64,000 nucleotides of DNA from Rhizaria sp. SCN 62-66 (Eukaryota). Positions 33,201-45,361 of this stretch are shown here, one piece after another (positions within the stretch are counted from its first letter, which is position 1; each line of letters begins with the position of its first letter). Position numbers and translations under genes: made by a program. The DNA lies in NCBI GenBank assembly GCA_001724265.1, contig MEDY01000320.1, positions 1-64,000 of the forward strand, read 5' to 3'. The notes below the pieces were generated by a model. That model made no database searches, was not told where the DNA came from, and worked only from the letters and a program-made list of their open reading frames with translations.

Positions 33201-36200
33201 CCAACAGCAGACACGGCGCCGCGCAAGCGGCCCGCGAGCACGAGGTCGAGCACGTCATCCGCGGCCAGACTGCCACGCATGATGTTGAGCGACACGGTGA
33301 CGCGATCTAGTGCCACTGTGAAGGCCGCGCGCGCCTTGGCCCCCGCGGGCGTCTCGGCGCCGCGGTAACGCGCGCGCCAAACACGGTGGAACAGGTTGCT
33401 CTGCGCGGGCGTCAACGCGCGCGCACCGTCGGGGCCGGACGGTTCAGCGGTGCCTGCAGCGGGACGCGGACTCGAGCCGATGGCGTCGTCGCCGCTGTGC
33501 TCACCCTTGTTGGCCGCGGTGGCGGCAACAGCGGCAGCGCGCAGGAGCCCAGCAGCGGCGGCGAGCGATGCGGTACGCTGAAAGGCGGCCAGAGGCCGGA
33601 ACGGCAGATCCGTCGACAACGCAGTGGGCGCGTCGAAGGCAGTGCCACGCGAGATCAGTGCGGCAACAGAGCTAGCCGTGGGCGCGTCGCCGCCGAGACA
33701 TGACGCGGAGCTCGAGAGCGAAGACCGGCCGGGCGAGCCGGGCGACGCGGGACCCATGCCAGGCTCTGACACAGAGATGTTGTTGAGCACCGCGATTTGT
33801 GCGACAGCGGCGACGACGGAAGAAGGCGCGGGGTCTGCGGCCGAGAGCCCGCCGGCAGCGCCAGACAAACTCATCGACGCTGCCAACAACGCGGGTGCAT
33901 CCTCAGTGTCAGCAAAGTCGCCCAGTGCGGCGGCCGCGGCTGCTGCAGCCGCGGAGGCGTGCTGCGTGGGCGGCGGCGGCACACCGCGCGCAGCAGCGTC
34001 GTAAGCCTCGGCCTTGGCCAGCAGAGCGCGCGCCCGGTGCAAGAGCGCGAGCGCGGCGTGAGGCGTGCCAGCAGAGCCCGCGCTCGCGCCGTGGCCGTGC
34101 CGAGAAGACGAAATGGTCGTCACGGGTTCGGGCGCATCGTCTTCGTCGTCGTCCTGCTGGCGCGGCACGCCGTCCTGCGCCGCCCCATCGCCGGCCGCGT
34201 TCGCGGCGGCACCGCCAGCGGGCGCGGCGGGTTGCTGGAACTCGACAAGAAGCGTGCCGCCGGACTCAAAGGCGTGCTTCGCAAACAGTACCCACACGGA
34301 CTCCTCGAGATCTAGCTCGATTGGCCGCGGTAGCGCGACGGAGAGGTCGTACTCAACCGTCGTGACGCCGCCCTTGCCGGCCTTGGTGGACGCAGACGGA
34401 CCGGACCCAAACAGCGCACGCTCGTCCTCGTCGTCAGAGTTCTACGCCGTCGCCGTGGCCTCGAGCTCGGGATGCGGCTCCACAGCAACGGCCATGGACG
34501 CAGTCTCTGACTCGGGCATGGCATAGGCGCTGGAGCCCGAGCCTGCAGCCGCCGCAGCGGCCGCGGCGCCAGGGCCCGAGACAGCAGCCTTGCGCGCGGT
34601 CGCCGTGCGCGCGAGCGCTCCCGCGGGCGGGGCGCGCGCGGCGGCGATGCGCGTGGGCGGGACGTGGTAATGGTCACGTTGCACGGGCTCCACAAGCACG
34701 TCGAGCCACAGTGTCACCGACTGGCCGGGCGCGGCGCGGCGGGCCGAGGACCGCTGCAGCCACGCGGTGAGGAAGCCGGGCGACGCCAGCAGTGGCGCCA
34801 GCGCGCGCGGCGGCGGCGACGGCGGCAGCGCGGCCGCGGGCGGGTGCAGCAGCGACGCCAGGTAAAGCTGGTACTGCGTCAACTGCCCAGCCCAGGCCGC
34901 GGTCGCCGCGACCGTCGCTGCGGCGGCAGCGGCCGCGGGCGAGGCCGCGACGCCCGCGGGGCCCAGCGGGGGCGCGAGCACGCCGGGCACAGGTGGCGCC
35001 AGCGCGGCGAGCGAGCACGACAGCAGCGCGCTGTGGCGGCGAGTGGCGGCCGCGGCGGCGACGGCCGCGGCAGTCGCGGCCGAGGACCGCGCGGCAGACG
35101 CGTAGCCCAGGTAGTGCGTCTCCGCCGCCAGCAGCACTGTGCCGTGGTGGTAGGGGAAGCCCGAGGCATAAACCGCGCTCAGCGCCGCCGCGGCGCCCGT
35201 CGCAGCCGCGGCGGCGCCGGGCAGCCGGCGGTGGCGGCCCGCGGCGTCCGGGGAGACGAGCTCCGCGGGGCGGCTCTGCGGCCGCGTGGGCGAAACGGCG
35301 CCGCTGCGAGACTGGCCAACGGCGGTCCCGGGCGCGGTGCCGGGCGGCGACAGGGGCCCGCCGGCCGTGGGGGTGAACGCGGGCGTGTTCGAGCGAGACG
35401 GCAGGCTTGCGCCCGTCGCCGCGGCGCCGGGGAGTTCGAGCGTGGCGCCCGCGGGCGGCGGCGAAATGGGCCGCGCGGCCTCGACCGCGAGCGTGGCGCG
35501 CGGGGCGGCGCGCGGGAGGTACGGTGGCGCGGAAAGGTGCGAGATCGGCAGCGACACGCAGGGTGCCGAGGCGGGCACGGGCTGATACGGTGGCGGCGGC
35601 GCGCCGTAGTGGCCCGCGGGCGCGAGCGGCAGCGGCGACTGCAGCATGTACAGCCCGTTGAGCGCCGACAAGAACGCAAACGCGAGGTGCCGCGCGTGCG
35701 CGCGCGAGGTCTGCGCGGGGATGAGCTCGGAGAAGCGCGGCAGCGGCCACGCGGCGAGGTCGACCGCCACTGGCGCGGGTGTGCCGTGGGGGCCGTCACG
35801 CGGACGCGGGCCGCGAGGGCCTCCGTGGCCACCACCGGGAGCAGCCGCGGCCGCAGCGGCGGCGGCGGCGGCGACGGCGGCCTGGCCGGCAGCGGAGCCG
35901 CGGCGCACGCCGGCGCCGCGGCCGCCCGCACCGGGGGCGCCAGCGGCGGCAGCAGCGGCGCGTGCAGTGACCGCGGCTGTGGTGAAGGCGGCCACGGCAT
36001 TGCGGAGGTAGTGCACCTGCTCTTGCCTGCGTGCGTTCGAGTCCGCGGCAGCGGCGCGCTCGCTGACGCGCACGGCCGCGGCGATGCGCGACACGAGGGC
36101 AGAGTCTGCGCGAATGAACTCAGCCGTCGACGCAGCAGCTGCGGCAGCAGCAGCGGCCTCTGAGCCCGACAGAGCGGCCGAGGCCGGCGGCGATGCCAGA

Positions 36201-39200
36201 ACGGCCGCAGTCGGTGGCAGCACGAGCGCCGGTGAGTGAGCGATCGCCCACGTCGCAGCGCCGAGCTCAGACACGGCCACGGCGGGCGCGGAGAACAGCG
36301 CGACCGCGAGGTCGGCCTCCGCGGGCGTGGGCGTCAGGACGCGGTACAGCTCGCGGAAGCGCGGGCGCAGCAGCGAGGGCTCGGCAACGGCCGCGATGAG
36401 CTCGTAGGCGCGCAGCGTCGTGGCCTCAAGCAGCATCTTCTCCGTCGCAGCCGCACGCAGTGCCAGCGCCAGAGCGTCGCACTCGCGCGTGAGCTGTTCG
36501 TGCGCCGTCGTCAGCGCGGCGCGCGCAGAGTCGGTCTGCGAGCGCTCCTGCGAGAGCCGCAGCCGCGCCTCGGCCACGTCCTGCTGCAGCGACGCGGCGA
36601 GCGCGCGTTCGCGGGCGATGGCGTGCGCGATGTGCGCGCGGTGGCGCGCGGCCGACGCCGCCGTGCCGCTCTGCGCGTCGCGGATCAAGTCCTCGACCTC
36701 GGCGCAGTCCGAGTCAAGCCGTGCGCGCTTGTTGCGGAGCTGCGCGAGCTCGCGCAAGAGACGGGCCTCCTCGCCGACTGCGCGCACCTGCAGCACGGCG
36801 AGCGAGCGCCGCTGGCGCCGGTCCACTGCCGCGAGCCGGCGCTGCACGCTGGCCGCGCGCTCGAGCCGCGCGTTAAGCGCGCGCCTGGCGGGCTCAGCCA
36901 GCCTCGCCCACGCCGCGAGCGACGCCGCCTCGCCGCGCGCGCGGGCCAACGCGTGCGCCGCGAGGGCGTCCGCCAGCGGCTGTGTGACGGACGCGGCGGC
37001 CGCGGGCGTCGCCGAGTTGTGGTCCAGCAGCACGCGCTTCAGAGCATAAACAAACCGCGCGTAGCGGGGGTACGGGTTCAGCGGTGCAGCGCGGCGCGCG
37101 GCGTCGGCGGGCGACATCATGTCCGACGCAGTGTCAGCTTTCACGAGCGTTGTCACATGCACAGGCAAGGGCGCAGGCGCTGGCGCGGGCGTCGGAGCCG
37201 CTCCGGGCATCGGCGAAGGCGCTGTGGAGCCGGGCAGCGCGGTCTGCTGCTGTTGTTTTTGTTGCTCTTTGAGCTTCGCGGCGTGCTCGGCCTCTGCGGC
37301 GGCGGAGGCAGCTGCAGCGGCGGCAGATGCGGTGGCAAAAGGGTCGGCGGGGCATGGCAGCACGGGCAGCAGCCAGCGGTTGCGGAGCTGCAGCCGTGAG
37401 GCCCACTGGTGCATGGTGCACTTGGTGATGAAGTTATCGCGCAAGTCCACGTCCTGCAGCGACGTGGGCAGCGTCAACAGCGGCGTCAGCGCGCCCGCGC
37501 CGCCGTCCGTCACGCACGCGCCGCGCAGAGACAGACTTAGCAGGCCCTGCTTCACAACGTGGCCGGCGCCGCCACCCCAGGCCGCGGAGGCCGCGCCGGT
37601 CGTGGCGGTCGCGGCGGCGTTGGCAGCGAGTGCCTGGACCAGCGCCAGCGCGCCGGCGGCCTCGCTTTCCTGCTCGCCCACCGCGAGCGCTGCGGCGGCC
37701 GCGGCGGCAGCCACGGCAGCAGCCGCGACGGGCTGCCCCGCGTTGGCACCCGCGACCGCGGAGCCAGCCGTTGCCACCGCTGTGGCGGGCGCGGCGGCGG
37801 TCAGGACGGCTGCCTGGCCACCGAGCGCCTCGCCGCCCGCGAGCGCGTCCGAGTGCGCTGCATTGTGGTACAGCCCGAAGATCGTGGGCTGCTGCGCACG
37901 CGCCGCGGCGAGCACGGCGGCGGCCGTCTTATTGCCCAGCGCCGCGGACAGCGCCGCTTGCTGCCGCAGCGCGTGTGCACGCGGACTCAGGTCGACGTTC
38001 TCGCCCGCGGCGGCCTCGGCCGCGGCGGACGCGGCGGCGGCAGCGGCAGCGGCAGCGGCGCTGGGTGCGCTTGTGGACGGTCCGTTGGGCGCGGCGCCTG
38101 CGGCGACGGCGATGGCGCGCGCGCGAGCCGCGGGCGAGACCCAGTTGGGCGGAAGGAACTCGGCGACACCGGGCAGCAGCGAGCGCCGCGAGGCGGATGG
38201 GGACAACGCGGCGGCCACGGCGGCAGCGGCGGCGGTGGCGACAGCGGCGTTCTTCACGGCCGCAGCGGCGGAACCAGGCGGCAGTAGACGCGACTCTGAC
38301 GCGGCGGGCGCGACCGTGACCGCGGGCAAACCGGGCAGCGAGGCGAGGCGCCGGTGCGCACCGCCGCCGCCGCCACCGCTGCCGCCGGTCGTGGATCCGC
38401 CGACTTGGCCCAGCGGCCCTGCAGCGACGACAGCGGCGACGGCGGCGGCGAACGCGTTAGCCTCCTCGCGGCCCGGCGCGGCGCCGGCGCCCTCGTCATC
38501 GTCCGCGTGGCCAGCCGCGGGGGTGGCGACAGCACCGGATCCGTCATCGGCCGCGGCCTCAGTCGGCGGCACCCACACGGGCTGCGCCGGGGGCGCTGGT
38601 AGCGCCTTAACCTGCCCGTTCATGGCCTTCTGCGGCGACGGACCCAGTCCGAACGACGGCGCGGCGCCGCTGCCGCCCCCGCGCGCGGCGATGGCGGCGG
38701 CGCCCGGCGAGGCGAAGCCCAAGGAGATGCCTTCGTAGACCATGAGCGCATCGTGGTTCGCAGTCTCGTCCTCAGGTAGACCCGCGGCGTTGGCGTCGAC
38801 AGGGGCCGAGGAAGACGCGCGGTTGATTCCCGGCGCAGCACTAGCGCCAGACTGACCCGAAGAGGCGGCGGCGACGGCGGCGGCGGTGCCTTGTTTGAGC
38901 TTGAGTTGGGCCTCAAGCTGCGCGCGCGCGGCCTCCTCCTCGGCGGCCGCGGCGGCTGCAGCGCGGCGCTCGGCCTCAGCGGCGACCTCGGCGGCCAGAG
39001 TAAGCAGACCGCCACGGGAGCGCGCGGCGCGCGAGCGGGCCAGTGCCTGCGTGCTCTTGGTGTCACCGCGGGCGCGCGCGCGGGCCAGCGCGGCGGCGTC
39101 TGCGTGCGCCTCAACGGCCGCGACGACCGGGTTCGACACACCGTGCTGCAGCACGTAGCCGATTAGCGACGCGCCCAGGTCGCCGACAGGGTTGTCGGAC

Positions 39201-42200
39201 AGGTCCAGGTGCGCCAGCAGCGGCGAGTGCAGCAGACAGAGGCAGAAGCGCATGAAGCAGTCGCGTCCGAGAGTGCCGTAGCCCCAACCAAACGCCGCCG
39301 CCGCAGTCGTCTGAGTCAGCTGCGTCTGCGCCGCGGCGGCGGCAGCCGAGGCCTGTGCGGCCGCGCTCGGGTCGACGTTCCCGCCGTGTGCCTGTGCGTG
39401 TGCTTGCGCAGCGGCAGCAGCAGCGGCGGCGGCCGCGGCGCCGGGCAATCCCGCGGCAACGCGGCGCGCGGTCGCGGGCAGCGAGGCGGCGGCGGCCTCC
39501 ACGGCGTCCGCGGGCAGCAGCGCCGCAAAGGGGCCAGAAGACATCGCAGTCGCGGCGGCGCCGGAGGTCAGCAGCGCGCGCGCCTCGGCCTCGCTCAGCG
39601 CGGCGGCCATCGCGGCAGCGTTCACGGCGGCGGCCGAAGACGTCGCGTCGCCGTCCCCGCCCCGGCCGTCGCCGCCAGCACCCGCCGCCGCGGCCGACGC
39701 GCTAGCGGTGGAGGACGGCGGCGCGCGGCCGGCGCGGCGCGCGCGGCCCAGCAGCGCGTTGACGGCCGCAGACGTGCCCGCAACCGTGCCGGGCACGCCC
39801 GCCATGACCGCGCCGCCCTGGACGAAGCTCGCGCCCGACGGCGCCGCGGTCCCGCCCGCGCCCACCGCACCCTGCCCCGCGCCCGAGCCGCCGGCACCGG
39901 GCTGCGCGGCGCGCGCGAGGAGCTGCGAGCCGCCGGCATTGGACTCAGCCGCAAGGCGCTGGTAGCGGCGCTCGGCGGCCGTCACGCCTGTCGGAGCCTG
40001 CAGAGACGCGCTGGGCCCGCCGGCTGCGGCCGAGGCGGCGGCTGCCGCGGACAGCGCAGTGGCCGACGCGCGCAGAGCGGCAGCGTGCGCAGCAGCGCCG
40101 TTGCCCGTGTCGGCGGTGTCGGCGCCCGCGGCGGCGGCGGCGGCGGGTAGCGCAGTCTGCGGCGTGATGAGCATGCCCAGCTGGCGCGAGGGCGCGATGC
40201 CGCAGCGCGCGAGTGAGAGCCGCTCCAGCCGAGTGTACGGCAGCGCGGACGACAGGTGGTACAGGCCGAAGGGCCCGATGGCGTTGCCGGCGAGCGACAG
40301 CGCCGAGAGCGCCGAGGACGACGACGTGAGCGCGGCGGCGAGCTGCGGGAACAGCGAAGTGGGACCACAGCCCACGGTCTGCGGGGTAAGCTCGCAGCGC
40401 GATATGTCGAGCGTGAGCAGCGCCGAGTTGAGAGCCACCATCGCGCACAGCGCGTCGACCGTAGACTGCGTGCGGAACGCGTTGCCGGCGATCGACAGCA
40501 CGCGCACACGCGGCAGCCGGCCGGAAGGGTTCCACGCGCTCTTGACGGGCGTCAGCGAGCGAAACAGCGTCTGCAGCTGCGGCTCCGACAGCCGGTTATC
40601 GCTGAGGTCCAGGTGCGTGAGCGCAGACCGCGGTGCGAGCCACGGCGCGCGGCGCAGCAAGTGTGTGAATCCGGCGTTGCCAACGCCCGCGAGGCCGATA
40701 CGCTCGAGCAGCGTGTTGTGCGCGAGCGCGCGCGCCAGGGCTTGCGCGCCGGCAAGCCCCATGGTGTTGTGCTGGCGGTCCAGACACGTAGAGCCCAGGT
40801 CGAGCGCGACCACGGACGCGCTCAGGTACACCGACACGCGCGTCCACTGAAGCGGCGCCACGGACGCGGGCAGAGGCGCCGCCAGCGCGGAGCTTGCGCC
40901 AGTCGTCGCAACGCCAGCGGCCGCGGGCACCGTGTTGTTGTCGGCGGCCGCAGTCGCGGTCGCAGTCGAGGTCGCAAGCGCGGTGGCGGCAGCGGCGGCA
41001 GCAGCAGCAGCGGTGGCCGCAGTGGCTCCCGCAAGTGCGTAGCCGACGACGGGCTTCTTCTCAGCGCCGCCGCCGTTGCCCACGCCGTCGGGCCCGCCAT
41101 AGCGCTGCGCAAGCACCTGCGCCTGCACCGACGCGCGCGCCAAATCGAGCGGGACAGGCACGCGGCGCTTGGCCACGCGGGTCAGCGCGCGCGCGACGGC
41201 CGTGACGCCCGCGGGCGAGAGCGAATTGCACTGGAGGTTGAGCGCGACAAAGGGCGGGCCGAACGAGTGCGGCAGCGGGTGCGTGCGCGGCGTCGCAAGC
41301 ACGGGCAGCACGCGTCCGTCGGCAGACCGCGAGCCTGCGATGGCGAAGCACTTGCCGACCAGCGCGCCCGCCAGCGCCGCTGCACCAGCGTCGCCCAGCG
41401 CGTTGGCCGAAAGGTCGAGCGAGACGAACCGCGCGGGCTGCCACGACGCCGCCACAGCGCGCGCCATTGCCGCGGCCGCGGCGGCCTCGGACCCGGCGGC
41501 CGCGCTGGCCGCCGCGGTCGGGTCCGCGGCCGCGCGCGCGGCGAGCGCGAGGTCGAGGCTGCGGCGCTGCGGCAGCGGTTGATTCCGCACCGACTGAGAC
41601 AGGACGAGTTGCGCCACAAGCGGCACCCACTCGGGAGTGAGCGCAAGATCCTGCAGCGACACTTCGCGCACCAGAGAACCGCCCGCGACGTCGCCACTGG
41701 AGGCGCTGCCCGAGAAGGAGAACCCAGGTGTGTCGCCCGCGTCGCCGGGCGCAGTGACGCTAGTGCCGCGGCGGCGCTGCTGCTGGCCCTGCTGCTGCGC
41801 CAGCTTCTTCTGCAGCACGTACTGGTTCGCCACCGACACGGCAGACGGCGCGGGGCCGTCGCCGTGACCCGCCGCAGCCGCCGCGACGGCGTCGGCGGCC
41901 AGCGCGGCGCGGTGACGGAGCCGGAAGGCCGTGGCGAAGCGCGACCAGCGCAGCAGCACGTCCGCCGACACGCCCTGCGCGGCGGCCGCGGCGGCCACAG
42001 CGGCGGCGGTCGCGCCCGCGCCGCCCGCGGGCAGCTGGCCGCGCTTGCGCGCCTGCGCGACGAGCCGGTCGTGCCCGTCGGTCGCCGCGTCCGGCAGCAG
42101 AGGAAACGCCTCCGCGGCGGGGCGTACGGTCTGGCTCGCGGCCGCGCGCGCGGAGGACGCCGCGGAAGCCACAGCGGCCGTCAGAGTCGACTGCAGGAAC

Positions 42201-43471
42201 GAGTCGAGCGCGCCGGCCCACTCCAGGCGCTGTGCCGCGCCAGAGTCCGGCGCCGCGCTAGTCGAGCTCACGGTCTCAGTCTCGGCAGCGGCCGCACTGG
42301 CGCCCGAGGGCGGCGCTGGGCCATGCTGACGCTTGCGCGCAGCAGCAGCAGCGGTGGCGGTGCCGGGCGCGGCCATGGAGGACGGGACGGTGTCATCGAC
42401 AAGACAGAGGTGCAGCAGCATCGTGTCTCCATCGCAGTCATCGTCAGACTCGCTGTCGCTGCAGCCGCGCAGCTCCATGTCGTCTAGACTGCCGCCATCG
42501 TCCTCGCCGGCGCCGCTGCCGTCGCCGCCGTCCGCGCCACCGCCGCCGCCGCCGGGGCCCGCGCGGGAGACCGACCGCGACGCGGCGCGCGATGCAGCAC
42601 GCGACGCAGCACGCGAGTTAGAGTGCGAGCTGTGATGGGAATTGTGGTGAGAGTTTTGGTGCGAGGTTTGGTGTGAGGTTTGCTGCGAAGATGCGAGCGA
42701 GCGGTGACCGCCCGCGCGGAAGCCTGTCGCGCCCAGGAAGGAACCGCGGGGTGACGCGCGGGGCGAGGCGCGCGGGGTAGCGCGCGAAGGGCCGCGGGAA
42801 GGGAAAAAGTCGGGGTTGGAGCCGGCGCCGGGGAAGCCGGGGGGCGGGAACGAGCCCGGGAGCACAACTGAGGGCCCGTGGACGGGCAGCAACGGGGTGC
42901 TGCTGTGCGAGGAGCCCGGGAAAGCAGAGGCTGACGCCGAGGACGCTGAAGAGTTGGGGGACTCGATGACAAACTCAAAGTGTCCGTGGGCCATCGCCAG
43001 TTCCTCCGCCTCTTCGTCGGCCTCCAGCACCAGCGCACGCGGGTGCGGCGACGCGTTGGCGTGGCGCAGAAACGCGGCAGCCTGATTGTCGGCCTCCGCA
43101 GCGGCCTCGGTGAACACGGCCTCAACGTCGGTCGCCGCGGGCATGTTACGGGCGGCGGCCACGTCCTCTTCAAGCTCGAGACGCCGCATCGCGAGACGGG
43201 ACGTCAGCGTGCGTCGCCCGTCGTCCAGCGCGGCCTCGTCGTGCGCGTGTTGCAGTACCGCGCGTGCGGCGTGTGCGAAGGCCACGGCAGCCGTCGGCGA
43301 CGCCGCGCGCATGCGGGCCTCTTCGGCAGCCATTTCAGCTGCCAACTCCTCCTCGCTGCGCTGGTTGCCATACAGCTGTCGCCGCAGGGAGTCAGGGGAA
43401 CCCGCGTCCGCGGCAGGCCGCAACTTGGGTGCGTGGACGGCCCCGTGGGCCGACCCGCCGAAGGGGAACAT
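27266..43471 (-). CDS. Giant intronless RI-type leucine-rich-repeat and coiled-coil protein (5401 aa) with four internal TAG codons
   Basis: Five track ORFs (34442.., 31535.., 29546.., 29165.., 27266..) share one frame. I translated the gaps between them and each contains only a single TAG. LRR units include LDLSANALGDAGA, LNLQCNSL, LDLSDNRL, LSLAGNAIG, LDLSDNPVGDLGA and VDLRDNFIT. ATG at 43471, ends in TAA. Confidence 0.8.
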
Positions 43472-43976
43472 GTGGCGGGGGCGGGCTAGTGGACGTCAAG
43501 AGCAGTTCGCTTGAGTACAGAGTGTCTTCAAAGGAAAGCAAGCTAAAAATGTAAATATCACGCGAAAGACATCGTCAGTTTGAAATAAGGTAAGGATATT
43601 AGACATTCAAAGTGCGATTTCATAACAATTCTTAATAATAACTTTTAAAATAAAGAAACACGCGCGATCAGCCTGCTTTTGTGGCTTTCGGGTTCGATCA
43701 GAAACGGAAAGTGACTGTGAGCTAGCTCGGCTGACCGACCGACCGCCGAGAGATTCCTCGAGAAGCCCCTATTCGACCGGAACGTCGTTTTTCGCCGATT
43801 GCTGTGATGCATTGAAAGAAGCGAGTGAAATGTCGTGTCTGGATTTTGAAACAAATAACCCACTGTAATCTTTATTTATGCAAAAACGCACCTGTAACCT
43901 CCGTATCTGTGGCTCACGGCATTGATTTCTGGGTTGTGATCTTCTCTTGTCGGACTTCGTATCTAGCTCTAGGAAA

Positions 43977-44885
43977 ATGTTCGGCCGTCTCGCTGGCACC
44001 TTCGCTAAGTCCTTCTCCCAGAAGGCCGCCGTTATGGCGGTGACTGCTGTCTCTGCTGCCGGTGTTGCTTTCGCTACCCAGCGCAAGCTCGCCTCTGCTG
44101 AGGCCTCTGCCCACGGTGGCCTCAACCCCAAGGATTTCGTGCCCCTCAAGGTTGCCGCTGTTGAGACCTACAACTACAACACCAAGATCATTTCTCTTGC
44201 TCTTGAGTCCCCCTCTGCTCAGGCCAACCTCCCCATTACCTCTTACGTCGTGACCCGCGCTGATGGCCTCACTGCTGACGGCAAGCCCACCATGCGCCCC
44301 TACACCCCAATCCACTCCAACAAGAATGGCGTCGTCACCCTTCTCGTCAAGGAGTACCCCACTGGCACCATGTCCAAGCACCTCTGCAACCTCAAGGTTG
44401 GCGACTCCGTCGACGTCAAGGGTCCCCTCCCCAAGTACAAGTACACCCCTAACGAGGTCAAGAAGGTCACCCTCATCGCCGGCGGCACTGGCATTACCCC
44501 CGTACTCCAGCTCGCCGAGGCCATCCTCGCCAACAAGGAGGACAAGACCAAGGTCGAGTTTGTCTTCGCCAACACTTCGCAGAAGGATATTCTGCTCAAG
44601 TCCGAGCTCGACGCGCTCGCGGCCAAGCACAAGGACCAGGTCAAGATGACTTACGTCATCGACAAGCCCGAGGCTGGCTTCACCGGTCACACCGGCTACC
44701 TCACCAAGGACCTCCTCTCCAAGCTCGTCGACAAGCCCAGCGCGGACAACAAGGTTTTTGTCTGCGGTCCCCCTGGCTTCATGACGGCCGTCTCCGGCGC
44801 CAAGGCCCCCGACTACAGCCAGGGCGAGGTCGATGGCGCCCTCAAGGAGCTCGGCTTCACCAAGGACAACGTCTTCAAGTTCTAA
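43977..44885 (+). CDS. NADH-cytochrome b5 reductase, probably the mitochondrial (MCR1-like) type
   Basis: RPYTP (FAD), LLVKEYPTGTMS, IAGGTGITP (NADH), VFVCGPPGF and terminal VFKF; N-terminal basic/hydroxylated presequence-like segment plus a hydrophobic stretch; ATG at 43977, ends in TAA. Confidence 0.93.
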   Translation: MFGRLAGTFAKSFSQKAAVMAVTAVSAAGVAFATQRKLASAEASAHGGLNPKDFVPLKVAAVETYNYNTKIISLALESPSAQANLPITSYVVTRADGLTADGKPTMRPYTPIHSNKNGVVTLLVKEYPTGTMSKHLCNLKVGDSVDVKGPLPKYKYTPNEVKKVTLIAGGTGITPVLQLAEAILANKEDKTKVEFVFANTSQKDILLKSELDALAAKHKDQVKMTYVIDKPEAGFTGHTGYLTKDLLSKLVDKPSADNKVFVCGPPGFMTAVSGAKAPDYSQGEVDGALKELGFTKDNVFKF

Positions 44886-45361
44886 ATTTAGGGACTTGTT
44901 TAAGTTGTTTGAAGCCTAAGTTGACACACGTAGCCTCTCAGTCTCGAGGTTGTTTCTGCTTTCTGTACTCATCTTTCTTTTTTTACATCCAATGAGCCAG
45001 AGCGGCCGCCAACGTGCTCTCCGACTGTCGGGTGTTGTGTTGACCGCCTGCTGCTGCTGGCTCCTTGAGAGTCGTCTATTATTTCCAATGTGACGCTCTG
45101 TGTTGCGCGGGAAGTGACTGCGCACGTGTGCAGGCGTCAGGGTATTAATCATTCAAGTCACGATACGGATGCGAATTGAATACATTTCTTATTTGAGCAT
45201 TCTGTTGGTCCCCGATCATCTATGATCACATATCTGATATACTGGTGTATTTCTACTGTTATGGCTAAATAAGAAGTTCTTCGGACTAAATAATCATTAT
45301 TTTTCAAAAACTGAGCCGCTTGACTCAAGATGTTCCTTGCATGCTTCTTTGCTTTAAGCAA

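Noticed and set aside
7348-34444. The internal TAGs as intron 3' acceptor sites
   Set aside because: The upstream sequence is GC-rich, in frame and coding-like (conserved in the DD3-3 case), unlike the pyrimidine-rich real introns of this window.
7348-34444. Pseudogenisation, pyrrolysine, or A-to-I editing of UAG to Trp as the explanation for the TAGs
   Set aside because: There are no frameshifts or internal TAA/TGA and downstream motifs are intact. Pyrrolysine is not known in eukaryotes, and the contexts are polar, low-complexity sites unsuited to Trp. Disfavoured, but not formally excluded without RNA or protein data.
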